In this document: positions 51,395-63,565 of the stretch, one piece after another
Position numbering within the stretch: the stretch's first letter is position 1
Layout of the letters: each line of letters opens with the position of its first letter
Origin: Vitrella brassicaformis CCMP3155
Taxonomy: Eukaryota > Protista > Chromerida
Direction: 5' to 3'
DNA: 64,000 bases
NCBI GenBank assembly: GCA_001179505.1
Contig: CDMY01000117.1
Span: 124,682-188,681 of the forward strand
Notes under the pieces: model-generated
Told to the model about the DNA's origin: nothing
The model's input: only the letters and a program-made list of their open reading frames with translations
Databases searched by the model: none
Made by a program: the position numbers and the translations under genes

Positions 51395-53338
51395 TCACTC
51401 ACTCACCTGCCACACCTCCATCTCAGTGCACGTGAAGTCGATGGTCTGCGCCAATGTGCCATCGCCGTCTTCATCCCTCTCGCCAGTGTATCCCCCTGAC
51501 AGGTCTTCATTAATATTCATCCACTGATTGCAGCTGCTGAGGTCGGCCACCGGACCACGCCGACCAAACCCCAGACACAGGACTCCAGGAGGACTGCGAC
51601 CGATGCACACGTTGGCGATCATCCGGCCCTCAATGCTCCTCACCGCTCCCTGTGTGCCGGCCACCTCAACCTTCTGCCTGTCCTCCGGCAGCTCGATCTT
51701 GGTCGGCGTCTCGTACGCACCCGACAGCGAGAAGAAGAAGACGGGCACCTTGTACCAGTTGGTCCGTCTGGGATCGTCTGGCGGTGTGAGAGGACCGTCG
51801 ATGAAGCAGCCGAATCGGTGTGTGTCGCCGTCTCGGAGGGCGAAGAGCAGACCGCTCTTGCCGGTCACCTTGTTGAGGAAGGAGGCATACGTAAACGTGT
51901 CACGACTCGACCTGATATCAGCGCACAACAACGATGTCTGTGTGCCCGGCATGTCTGTCTGAGCTCACTTGTAAAGCAGTGACGGCGCCACGGCGATCCT
52001 CTTGTCGGCCATCTTCATCACCGCCAGCCACTCGTCGGCCGTCTTGATGATCGTGCTGTCCGCCGGCACCGGCGGGATCGAACTGAGGCCGTACATTCCC
52101 AACTCGACAGCGAAGATGGCCTTCTCGGCCGGCGCCACCACCGGCGGATGGACGAACCGGCCAGCCGGCATGACGGCCAAACGGCGAGCAAAGTCGACGA
52201 TGAGTTGCAGAAACCTGAAGGATGTTTGGTGGGCCTCCTGGTCGGGCCACTGAGTCCTGAAGAACAAAACACCACACACGTAGACACACATCGATGCTGT
52301 GTGTGTCGGGGGTCTTCTTTCGTACGGATCGAAACGCTTGACGAGTGCGTGAGCTGGCCCGAGGGGCGCGATGGTGCGGCGGAGGACCGACACATCCTCA
52401 TCAGACACGCTCAGTGTCATCAGCTCGATGTCTTCATCGCTGCTGTCGCCCTTGACGAACGGGCGCATCGCCGTCAGGAAGCCCTCCATGCGGCGCTTCT
52501 TGGCCCGCAGCGCCTCCAGCACACGACGATAGCTGCTCATGCACTCGTCGATCTGCCGAAAGGCCTCCTCGACACCCATCCCACCCCCATCACCCCCTGC
52601 CCCCTGGTCGCCGCCGTCGTCCTTCTTGCCATTGCCATCGGCCATCTCCACATCGCCCTGCCCGGCTCCCCCTCCACCTGCCGCTGCCGAGGCCGCTGCT
52701 GCAGCCGATGAGGCCAAGGCCTGTGGCTGCTCCTCGATCTCGATCTCGCCGCCCACCTTCTGCTCGATGAACAGCGAGTGGTGCTCGGCATAAGACGGAT
52801 CGTCGGCCTCCGGTGAGTGGATGGTGATCTCATCCAAATGGGGGCTCTCGAGGAGTGCCAGCCGGTCTCGCAGCCATTTGAAGTAAGCCGGGTGCATCTC
52901 GAGGAAGGGCAGCTGATTGGCGTCCTTGGGCAGCTGGTCGGTGAAGTGCAGCAGTAGCGTCGAGAGGTACGTCGTCTTCATCTTGCGATGCAGAAGTGCC
53001 GACACGGGAATGGACATAACAGTGCCGCCCACATTGAGCCGAATGCGGCCGTCCTTCCGCCGCGGCTCGATGGTGCCTCCATTGGCTGTGATGAGCTGCT
53101 TGATCTCCGAACTTAGCGCCTCGATTTCCTTCTCCGCCAGCTGTTTGGCCGTCCTGGTGATCTGGCTGAAGGTGTCCACAGAGGTAGCCGCGGCCTTGAC
53201 CAGCAGATCTCCCTCCTCCAGACCAGTGGTGACACCGTGAAGACGAGATGGGAGGACGGCCTCGTCATCAGCTGCCCTGCCGTCGTTGTCTTTGCGCTTT
53301 TTGGAGCTGCCAGACGCTGCGGCGGAGGCTGCCGACAT
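51395..53338 (-). CDS. KCTD-type BTB/POZ (two modules) plus C-terminal TLDc domain protein
   Basis: IRLNVGGTVMSIP...FLEMHPAYFKWLRDRL (BTB) and a second degenerate BTB (LSVSDEDVSVLRRT...FLQLIVDFAR). TLDc motifs LLYK|SSRDTFTYASFLNKV...HRFGCF...FFFSL...EMEVWQ. Confidence 0.85.
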
Positions 53339-53587
53339 CGCTGATCTATGGCGGGAAGAAAGGAACGAGGAAGTCCGCTTCCCTCCCGCGAGCTGGGAAG
53401 CTCGCAAATATGGCCAGGATTCGCGACACATGGTGGCCGTGCCCGATTCCAGCAGCGCGCCCACACCCGACGCACTGCAGGCAGAAGGACAGAGTGGTCT
53501 TAGCCTTAGCGTTCGGTGGTCCGTGCCAGTCACGTCATGCAGCCTAGACAGACAGACAGGCAGACAGACAGACAGAGTGGTGGTTAA

Positions 53588-53624
53588 ACTGACACTAACA
53601 AAGTTCACTGACACTAACAAAGTT
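53588..53624. repeat. 18-bp direct repeat, two copies, upstream of the BTB-TLDc gene
   Basis: actgacactaacaaagtt at 53588-53605 and 53607-53624. Confidence 0.9.
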
Positions 53625-55034
53625 GACAACGGGGGCAACCGACACCCCAAACACGCACTCACCCAACCGCCCACAACACATTGTCAAAAGTCACAAGAGC
53701 ACCATCAGGTATTAAGAGACGAGCAAGACAAGACAGTCAGTGTAGACTGTGTGTGTGTCTTGCGGCAGAAATGACTAGCGGGCGCTGGGGACCCGGCGAC
53801 GGGAGAGGGGTAGACAGACAGATGGGATGGATGAAGGTACCATGGCACGGAGGCCGGCAGATACAGACATAGTCAGTCGACTCGGCTGTCGAGGGGAGGG
53901 AGGGAGGGACGGAGGGAAAGAGGGAGGGAGGGAGGCAAAACCAGCTGAACAGAGGACACGTACATACGTACACACGCGCATCGGTGGGTGGATGGAGAGA
54001 CAGAGAGATAGGAACTAGCAGACACACTCACCGGCAGAAAAGGCGGGCAGAGATCTCGCACACACACACACACAGACATACACACATCCAGACATACCTA
54101 TAAGGAGAACGCCACGAAGGGAAAAGGAGGCAGACAGACAGACAGACAGAGACAGAAAGCCCCACAACTCCGGAATACACACCCAACACCAACTCACTCA
54201 CTCAGTCACTCACTCACTCACTCCTCCATCCATCCATCCAGAAACACGCAGGCACAAAAGTCACAAGTGCTGCTGCATGGCGTGGCAAGGGGGGCTGGGG
54301 ACTGCATAAATCATCAGCCACTGACTCTGACTCAATCACTCAGTCACTCACTCAGTCACTCACTGAGTAACACAGCTCTCGTCTGCCCTGCCTCCTTCAG
54401 CTACTTATTAAACGGTGCACAACGGCTTAAGTAATGCGTGTGAATCTGGTGCACTGCCTGTCTGTCTGTCTGTCAGTCAGTCCGTCTGTGTGCCCCCAAT
54501 CAGCACATCAATCAGGCAAGCAGACAGACGGACAGGCAGTCCACCCACCCTCCCCCCTCCCCGTTCAAAATGCCGCCTCGCTTAGCAGAGAGCGCGGTCG
54601 TACGCCTGTGTGTCTACGAACAGCATAACTGCGATAGACGTCTGTGTGTTTGTTTCCCCGTGTCAGGTCTAGTGTGTGAATGTGTGTGTATGCGCCTACT
54701 ATCATTGATCGATCGATCGTAAAGCTAGCTAGAGACACCAAACACCAACTCACCAACAGCCACACACCATGTACCAGACCAGATCAGCACTGCCATCCAT
54801 CCATCCATAAAGGAAAGAACAAAAGCAACTGGCGCCGGCTGGCCGCATCACCCACGAGCCAGCCACACACACAACACAGAGAGGCAGACAGACAGGCAGA
54901 CAGACAGGCAGGCAGACAGGCAGACAGACAGGCAGACAGACAAGTACAAAACCTGCCACCAACGCCGAAGTACCAAACATCCAAACCCATCCCCTCTCTC
55001 GCTCTCGCTCTCCCTCCATCTCCTCTCAATCACG

Positions 55035-57422
55035 TCACGAAGCCATCCACCGGAAGAAATTGGCAATGCTCGTCATCATCCCCGGCGACCCCTGCCCGCC
55101 ACCAACACCCCCGGGAGCCCCCCTCACTGGCTGTGGGACGACAGGGATCGGCCCACCCGACATGCCCGGGATGGGCTCGAGTGCGCGGTAGGCGGCGGTG
55201 TGTCTGAGGGGGAGGTGTGGGGGGTCCACTGAGTGCAGGTGGTTGAAGGCGACAAACACCAGAGCGGGATCGTCTGCGTCGGCGAAGGAAGTGAGCTCTC
55301 CCTGATGGAAGTGACACACACACACACACACAGAGGTGGCTGGATGGGTGGCTGAGTGGATGCAGTGGCTTACCCGGACAAGCTGCTCTGGTCTTGTGGG
55401 GTTCTGGAGGATGACCGTCACGGGCTGCGGTGGGTGTCTGAAAGCCGCGTCGCTCTTGATGTGGCCAATCGCCCATGCGTTGAGTAAGGTGGACAGCGGC
55501 ATACCTGCACACACACACACACGCTTTGTCTTTACGTCTGTCTCTCTCTGTGTGCTCATCAGTCAGCGCACCTTCCAGCGTCCGTGCGGTCCAGCTGTTG
55601 AGGAGAGTGGAACTTTCGACGATCATGTCTTCCTGTGTGTCGGCGACGATTGTGGCGTCGACGGTGGCCTCCAGCACTCGGGAGAGGATGCCCACTCGGT
55701 GCTCCAGGGACGCCTTCTCGCGCTTGCGCTCCGTCACGTCCTGCAAAAACACCAAGTGTCGTCAAACAGAGGGTGGAGGAGAATTCACAAATCGCATACA
55801 CGAGACGGTTCTTTATCGCATAGGTAATGACCGATGACCTTCTCTCTCTCTCTCCCTCTCTCTAGGTGGGGTCATCGCATCGGCTGCGCACCGCACCTGG
55901 ATGTAGCCGTATATGATGGTCGACGTGGGCGAGGCCCGTCTGCCTCCCGCTTGGAAGAAGCGAATCTCGCCGTCAGACCTCTCGTAGCGGATCTGACACA
56001 ACCACACCGACACGTCCACCCGTCCACACACTCGTCCTTGCGTACGTTCATGTCGTAGGGCTCCCCCTGGTCGACGCACTTGACGATCGCCCGCTCGATC
56101 CTGCCGCGGTCGTTGGGGTGCACGTGCTGCGTCCAGAAGCCCCGCAGCCGCTCGTCGGTCAGGGCTATGTCGCCGGCATTCTTGTCGTCGCCACCAGGAC
56201 CGATAGGCAGGCTGACAACCATACACACCACAAGGACATCCAGCCACTCGCGCCTCGCTCGCTCGCTCGCTCGCTCGCTCGCTCCCTCTATATGTGGGCT
56301 CACTTACTCAAAGTCCATCGGCAGAACGATCTCGCCCAGTGTGGAATCGTCCGTCGCGTTCTCGCCGCCATGGTGATCCCCCCTTCCACCAGCAGACCGC
56401 GCCGAGCGCTTCTCCTTTGACCCAGCACTCTTCGCCGACCCGCCGCCCATCTCGCTATCCACCTTCCCATCGTCGACCATCCCTTTCGGCTGTAGCGGGG
56501 CGGGGCTCGGCCGCGGCGGCGTCGGCTGATCCGACGTGACCGTCGCCATCATCAACGAGCCCGCCCTGGTCGTCGGGGTGCGCGTCGCCGGTGTCGCCGA
56601 AAGGGATGACGATGCAGCAGGGTGGATGGGCGGCTTTAACGTGTGCACTGCATGTGCGCGGTAGGTGTGCAGTGCGCCGACAGAAAGGCCGACATTGACG
56701 CTAGCAGGGGCTGATGCCTCGCTGGGTGCGAGGGCGGGGGCGACGGGGCCGTCGAGAAGGCGCGCGTAGGGCACTCTGCCGGTGGGCTGTCTGGATGAGC
56801 GGCCCGTGAGGCCCTCGATGACGCGGGTCTGGTAGAAATGGGTCTCCATGGGGCCCGAGGCGTCCCACTCCCTGCAGGGCACACACACACGGATAGGCGT
56901 AGACAACAAGGGGCATATATAATGGGGTGATTGGCTGCGTACCAGGCGGCGATGTCGACCATGAAGGCGAAGCTCTCGAGCAGTCGGCGGCGCTGGCCCT
57001 TCTCGCGGGCAACCTGCACACACGCAACACCCATACAGACACGTGTGTGTGCGGGCGGGCATTTGCCTTCTATCTAATCGTCTGACCCGATTGGTGTTGA
57101 AGACCGTGGATCTGTAGAACAACTCGAAGTGGCGGCTGGCGACCAGCAACAGCAGACCCACCACTAAACACACGCCAAGGACACATACAGAGAGAGAGAG
57201 AGCCGTCCGATTGAGACTGTCACACAGCCCCCAAGCAGTGCAGCTGCTCACCGGGGTAGAGCTGGATGAAGACCTCATCTGAAAAGATGCCGTCGACAAC
57301 GGCCTTGCTGATGAGGTGCACGGCCACCAGCCCCAGCACTGCCAACGACTGGCACTTGAAGACCAGAAAGGCCAAAGTGAGGAGGCCCAAGTTGTCAAGG
57401 TCAGTCCTGACAACGACGCACA

Positions 57423-57457
<35 letters not shown>

Positions 57458-58436
57458 GGACGTGGCTGTGTGAGTGTGATGAATGTGTGTGTCGGCTTGG
57501 GTACCCGGAATAGTGCTCGGCCATCTTCTCAGAAATGAACTCCTCCCCGCCAAACTCCTCGCCAAACTCCTCGCCAAACTCCGCGAAGTCGTCTTCGTCG
57601 ATCTCGTGCTCTCCGACCAACTCGGCACCATCGATCAATTCCTTGTGCATAGTTACGGTCGCCATGCAGGCGATGAAGAAAAAGTACAACACCCACCACT
57701 CAGCGCGATAAAAAGGCTGCAGTGCATTCTGGAGACACAGACAGAGACCCCATCCATCTATCCATCTATCCATCCAATTGAGCCTACTTCGAGCATGACG
57801 AGGAGTTTCCCCTGGTTGCGGACGTTGCTCCAGTCCTCCCCATCGCCTCGGGTGATGGCCAGACACATGTACCACCGCACCAGCATCTTGTGGAGCAGGG
57901 CATATGTGATAATGGCCACGGCCACGATGAGCGGCACCGTCATCCGCCGCCACCAGACATCGCCCATCCCATGCGCCCTGGTCTCGAACCACAGCACAAC
58001 GGCGTACGCGATCCAGGCAACGGAGAATATCACACCGGCGGTCTTGAGGGTCTCCTGCAGGCAGACAGACAGATGCATTGCCGGTACGCGTGTCGATGTG
58101 CTGACAGGCCAGCTGACTGACCTGAGTGTCTTCCTTGCAGAGCCTCTGGTACTGGAACTCCAGCTCGGGATCTTTGAATTTCATGCAGATGAACGGCAGA
58201 CCCGACCACTGCACACGACACACACGATGAAAACGCATCATTCCATTCTCCCTCCCTCCCTCCCTCCCTCTGACCCGATTGACGCATCCGATTGACCCCC
58301 ATTTGCTCTTGAAGCTCTTGACGAACTTGCCGCAGTAGGCGAAGATGCTGGCCGGCACGAGCATCTCGATGGCCACGTTGATGTTGGCATTGGCGCTGTT
58401 AGACATCCCGGCGCCATGCTCGCTGTGCAGCTGCAT
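55035..58436 (-). CDS. Multi-TM membrane protein with PAS-PAC and a second PAS domain, no catalytic output domain (copy 1)
   Basis: About 12 exons joined in frame. FKDPELEFQY, about six hydrophobic helices and RHFELFYR..F. Then IAAWEWD..., FWTQHVHPNDRGRIERAI...GEPYDMN|IRYERSDGEIRFFQAGG...GYIQ|DVTERKR (PAS_3/PAC) and a second PAS VLEATVDATIVAD...IVESSTLLNSW. Stop at 55035-55037. Confidence 0.8.
57550..57585 (-). repeat. Coding 12-bp tandem repeat, three copies (EFGE repeats), in copy 1 of the PAS gene
   Basis: ccaaactcctcg x2 plus ccaaactccgcg. Absent from copy 2. Confidence 0.85.
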
Positions 58437-59087
58437 CTGGGTCAGCGGGTCGCTCTTCTCGACCTTCTGGTGCTGTTGTTTGGCCTTATCGTCGCCGCCT
58501 GCCCGGATCTCCCTCCCTCGCCGGAGCCTTTCTTCCTTGCGAGCTTTTGTGAGGGCTGATCGTCATGGCTTTTCCCTTTTGAGCGCCGAGAGGGCGCACC
58601 TGAGGTGTCTGGAGACGATGGCGACGAGTTTCGACAGAGCAGGCGGACCAGAACGCCTACCACACAGTTCCGACCGGCTTCAACTTGGCGGCACGACGAC
58701 AGACCACCTCCCCATGTGCTCGACGACTGTGCATCACTCGTTCGCGACGGTAGGCATCTAATGTCTAAGTATGGAGGTGAGCAGATGCTATTTGAGCAGA
58801 TGCACTCATTGCATGTGGTGTTTCGACGTATCTGTGTCCACGCACAGCACGCTTTGATGCGTGAGGTGAAGGACTTCAGGACTTTGGGATGATCTCAAGA
58901 GAGAGATACGAGGAGATCACGCGTGGGCAAATCAGAGAATTGCTGCGGCCTTATAAGTGAGTTGAGCCCGTCATCGATCTCCAGCCTGGCGGGAAGTCAG
59001 CCAGGGGGCAGGTAGCTGGACAGAAGAGGAAGCATATGTGGCTGGCATGGGTGATATGGCTAATGCAGTTGTGTACGAGGTCCATAT

Positions 59088-59556
59088 AATTCGCAATCTT
59101 CTCGAACGGACGTTTTCTCGGTGAAGAACGGATGTTGAAGATTGTTTGTCTTCATGGAGATTCACTCACCTTGAGTGATCAATCATCAGTCAAACACCAT
59201 ATTTGCAATGAGTGAGTCAATGAATGACCAGTTTCATATCAGCTTCCCTACTCATTCATTCAAATCTCTTTGACTCACTTTTATATGTAAACGCCGGGAA
59301 GAGAGCCCGTCCATACGTTGCCTGTACAAAGTCTATATGGGCTGTTTTCATGGTGTGATACATATGAAAGTGAGTCAAAGAGATTTGAATGAATGAGTAG
59401 GGAAGCAGTGACATGAAAGTGGTCATTCATTGACTTTATTTAGTGCAAATATGGTGATTGGCTGATGATTGACTCACTCCAGGTCTCCATGAAGGCAAAC
59501 AATCACCAAAGTCCGTCTTTGACCGAGAAAAAGTGCGTTCGAGAAGATTGCGAATT
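59088..59556. repeat. Long imperfect inverted repeat (fold-back): arms of about 200 bp, spacer about 70 bp
   Basis: 59242-59281 is the exact reverse complement of 59367-59406 (40 bp). Similarity continues outward to aattcgcaatcttctcgaac (59088) and gttcgagaagattgcgaatt (ending 59556). Confidence 0.92.
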
Positions 59557-61138
59557 GTATGTATATGATCGAGCGCAATCAGCGGTACTTCAGGTCTTTG
59601 AGGTTGTGATAGTTGCGTGCGCGAGTCCCAAAAGATGATTTGCCGACACACCTCATCCGAGTGCGGGGGGCATCGCCATTTCATGTGACCTCAGGAACAG
59701 GATCGAGCACGAGGTCACGGAGTTGTCCGCGTTGTTTAGGGTGCGGCGCAATAGCGCGGCAGTGGTCAAGTCAGCAGACGAATCGACACATACACACACA
59801 CTCGCACACGAGAGAGGACAAGGAAGGGCGGGAGGGATGAGCGTGTGTCACTTTGTGTATGGATGTGTACGGATGGATGCGGCCTATGCCAGCAGTAGCC
59901 GCTGGCATTCATCGGCCGCTCGTCTCTCGAAACGCTCAGAAAGATGAAGGGAGGCAAAACCAGCTCAACAGAGGACACGTACATACACAAATTCTGACAC
60001 AATACACGCATCGGCGGATAGGCGGATGGACAGAGAGAGGGGTGGGAACTAGCAGATTCACGGTGGGAACCCGCAGATACACTCACCAACACACAGAAAA
60101 GGCCGGCAGAGGTCTCGCACACACACATACATACACTTCTTTACACACACTTCTTTACCCCTCACACACACACGGACATACACACACATGAATACATGGA
60201 TAAGACATATATGCATATCATATTTATATGGACAACAACACCATATATGGACAACAACATGAGGGAACCTTCACAGGTCCGAATAAACACCACACACCAA
60301 CTCATCCATCCATCCATCCAGGAGGCCGCGGACAACGAACGTATGGATGTATCATGCACACACACGAAAGTCAAAACAGCTGCTGCGTGTGCTGCGTGGA
60401 GGGCCGGGGGGCTGGGGAGTGTCTATATAAATCGTCAGCCATTGGCTCACTCACTCAGTAACACAGCTCTCGTCTGCCCTGCCTCCTTCCGCCACTTAGT
60501 CAACGGTGCACAACGGCGTACGGATGTACGTATATCTATATGTCTGGTGCACTGCCTGTCAGTCTGTCTGTCCGTCCGTCCGTCCGTCCGTCTGTGTGCC
60601 CCCAATCAGCACATCAATCAGGCAAGCAGACAGACGGACAGGCAGTCCAACCCCCCTCACACGCCCAGCCTCTCCTGTCGTTCAAAATGCCGCCTCGCTT
60701 AGCAGAGGTTACGGATGTATGCATGTATGTATGTATGTGTGTTCACGAATATATGTGTGTCGACACAGCATAACTGCGATAGATGTCTATGTGTTTGTGT
60801 CCTCATGTCAAGTCTAGTGTATGAATGTGTGTGTAGGCTCGTACTATCATCGATTGATCGATCATAAAGCTAGCTGGAGACACCAAGCACCAAACACCAA
60901 CTCACCAACACAGCCCACCACCCACACACCATGTACCACACCAGATCAGCACTGCGTGCCATCCATCCATAAAGAATGTAAGCAACTGGCGCCGGCTGGC
61001 CGCTCGAGACACTCACAGCCAGCCACACACAGAACACATAGCCACACAGACAGACAGACAGACAGAAAAGTACAAAACCTGCCATAATACCGAATACCAA
61101 ACAACCCTCCACCCCTCCCCTTCCCCCACTCAATCACG

Positions 61139-63532
61139 TCACGAAGCCAGCCACCGGAAGAGATTGGCAATGCTCGTCATCATCCCCGGCGACCCCTGCC
61201 CCTCACCAATACCCCCAGGACCCCCTCTCACTGGCTGTGGGATGACAGGGATCGGCCCACACGACATGCCCGGGATGGGCTCGAGTGCGCAGTAGGTGGC
61301 GGTGTGTCTGAGGGGGAGGTGTGGGGGGTCCACTGAGTGCAGGTGGTTGAAGGCGACAAACACCAGAGCGGGATCGTCTGCGTCCGCGAAGGCCGTGAGC
61401 TCTCCCTGATGGAAGTGACACACACACACACACACACACAGAGGTGGCTGGATGGATGGCTGAATGGATGCAGTGGCTTACCCGGACAAGCTGTTCTGGT
61501 CTTGTGGGGTTCTGCAGGATGACGGTCACGGGCTGCGGTGGGTGTCTGAAAGCCGCGTCGCTCTTGATGTGGCCGATCGCCCATGCGTTGAGTAAGGTGG
61601 ACAGCGGCATACCTGCACACACACACACACGCTTTGTCTCTACGTCTGTCTCTCTCTGTGTGCTCATCAGTCAGCGCACCTTCCAGCGTCCGTGCGGTCC
61701 AGCTGTTGAGCAACGTGGAACTTTCGACGATCATGTCCTCCTGTGTGTCGGCGACGATTGTGGCGTCGACGGTGGCCTCCAGCACTCGGGAGAGGATGCC
61801 AACTCGGTGCTCCAGGGACGCCTTCTCTCTCTTTCGCTCCGTCACATCCTGCAAAAACACCAAGTGTCGTCAAACAGAGGGTGGAGGAGAATTCACAAAT
61901 CGCATACACGAGACGGTTCTTCATCGCATAGGTAATGACCGATGACCTTCTCTCTCTCTCTCCCTCTCTCTAGGTGGGGTCATCGCATCGGCTGCGCACC
62001 GCACCTGGATGTAGCCGTATATGATGGTCGACGTGGGCGAGGCCCGTCTGCCTCCCGCTTGGAAGAACCGAATCTCGCCGTCAGACCTTTCGTAGCGGAT
62101 CTGACACAGGCACAGCCACAGCCACACCCACCCACACACTCGTCGTTGCTCCTGCCCTTCTCTGTTCGGTCGCGTACATTCATGTCGTAGGGCTCCCCCT
62201 GGTCGACGCACTTGACGATCGCCCTTTCGATTCTGCCGCGGTCGTTGGGGTGCACGTGCTGCGTCCAGAAGCCCCGCAGCCGCTCGTCCGTCAGGACTAT
62301 GTCGCCGGCATTCTTGTCGTCGCCACCAGCACCGATAGGCAGGCTGACAACCACACACACGACATGGACATCCAGCCACTCGCGCCTCGCTCGCTCGCTC
62401 GCTCGCTCGCTCCCTCTATATGTGGGCTCACGCACTCGAAGTCCATCGGCAGAACGATCCCCTCCAGTGTGGAATCGTCCGTCGCGTTCTCGCCGCCATG
62501 GTGATCCCCCCCTCCCCCGGCAGACCGCACCGAGCGCTTCTCCTTCGACCCCGCACTCTTCGCCGACCCGCCGCCCATCTCGCTATCCACCTTTCCATCA
62601 TCGACTATCCCTTTCGGCTGCAGCGGCGCCGGGCTCGGCCGCGGCGGCGTCGGCTGATCCGACGTGACCGTCGCCACCATGGACGAGCCCGCCTTGGTGG
62701 TCGGCGTGCGCGTCGCCGGTGTGGCGTAGGATGACGGTGCAGCAGGGTGGATGGGCGGCTTTGACGCGTGGGCGCGGTAGATGTGCAGCGCGCCGACAGA
62801 AAGGCCGACATTGACGCTAGCAGGGGCTGATGCCTCGCTGGGTGCGAGGGCGGGGGCGACGGGGCCGTCGAGAAGGCGCGCGTAGGGGACCCTGCCGGTG
62901 GGCTGTCTGGATGCGCGGCCCGTGAGGCCCTCGATGACGCGGGTCTGGTAGAAATGGGTCTCCATGGGGCCCGAGGCGTCCCACTCCCTGCAGGGCACAC
63001 ACACGGATGGGCATAGACAACAAGGGGCATATATAATGGGTTGATTGGCTGCGTACCAGGCGGCGATGTCGACCATGAAGGCGAAGTTCTCGAGCAGTCG
63101 GCGGCGCTGGCCCTTCTCGCGGGCAACCTGCACACACGCAACACCCATACAGACACGTGTGTGTGCGGGCGGGCATTTGGCTTCTACCTAGTCGTCTGAC
63201 CCGGTTAGTGTTGAAGACCGTGGATCTGTAGAACAGCTCGAAGTGGCGGCTGGCGACCAGCAACAGCAGACCCACCACTAAACACACGCCAAGGACACAT
63301 ACAGAGAGAGAGGGAGCCGTCCGATTGAGACTGTCACACAGCCCCCACGCAGTGCAGCTGCTCACCGGGGTAGAACTGGATGAAGACTTCATCGCTCCAG
63401 ATGCCGTCGACAACGGCGTGGCTAATGAGGTGCACGGCCACCAGCCCCAGCACAGCCAACGACTGGCACTTGAAGACCAGAAAGGCCAAAGTGAGGAGGC
63501 CCAAGTTGTCGAGCTCAGTCCTGACAACGACG

Positions 63533-63565
<33 letters not shown>

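Noticed and set aside
55035-58436. Calling the PAS protein a histidine kinase or adenylyl cyclase
   Set aside because: No H-box/HATPase or cyclase motifs occur before the in-frame stop in either copy, and the 3' flank is microsatellite DNA.
58605-58892. 95-aa plus-strand ORF upstream of PAS copy 1
   Set aside because: No homology recognised and no supporting exon structure.
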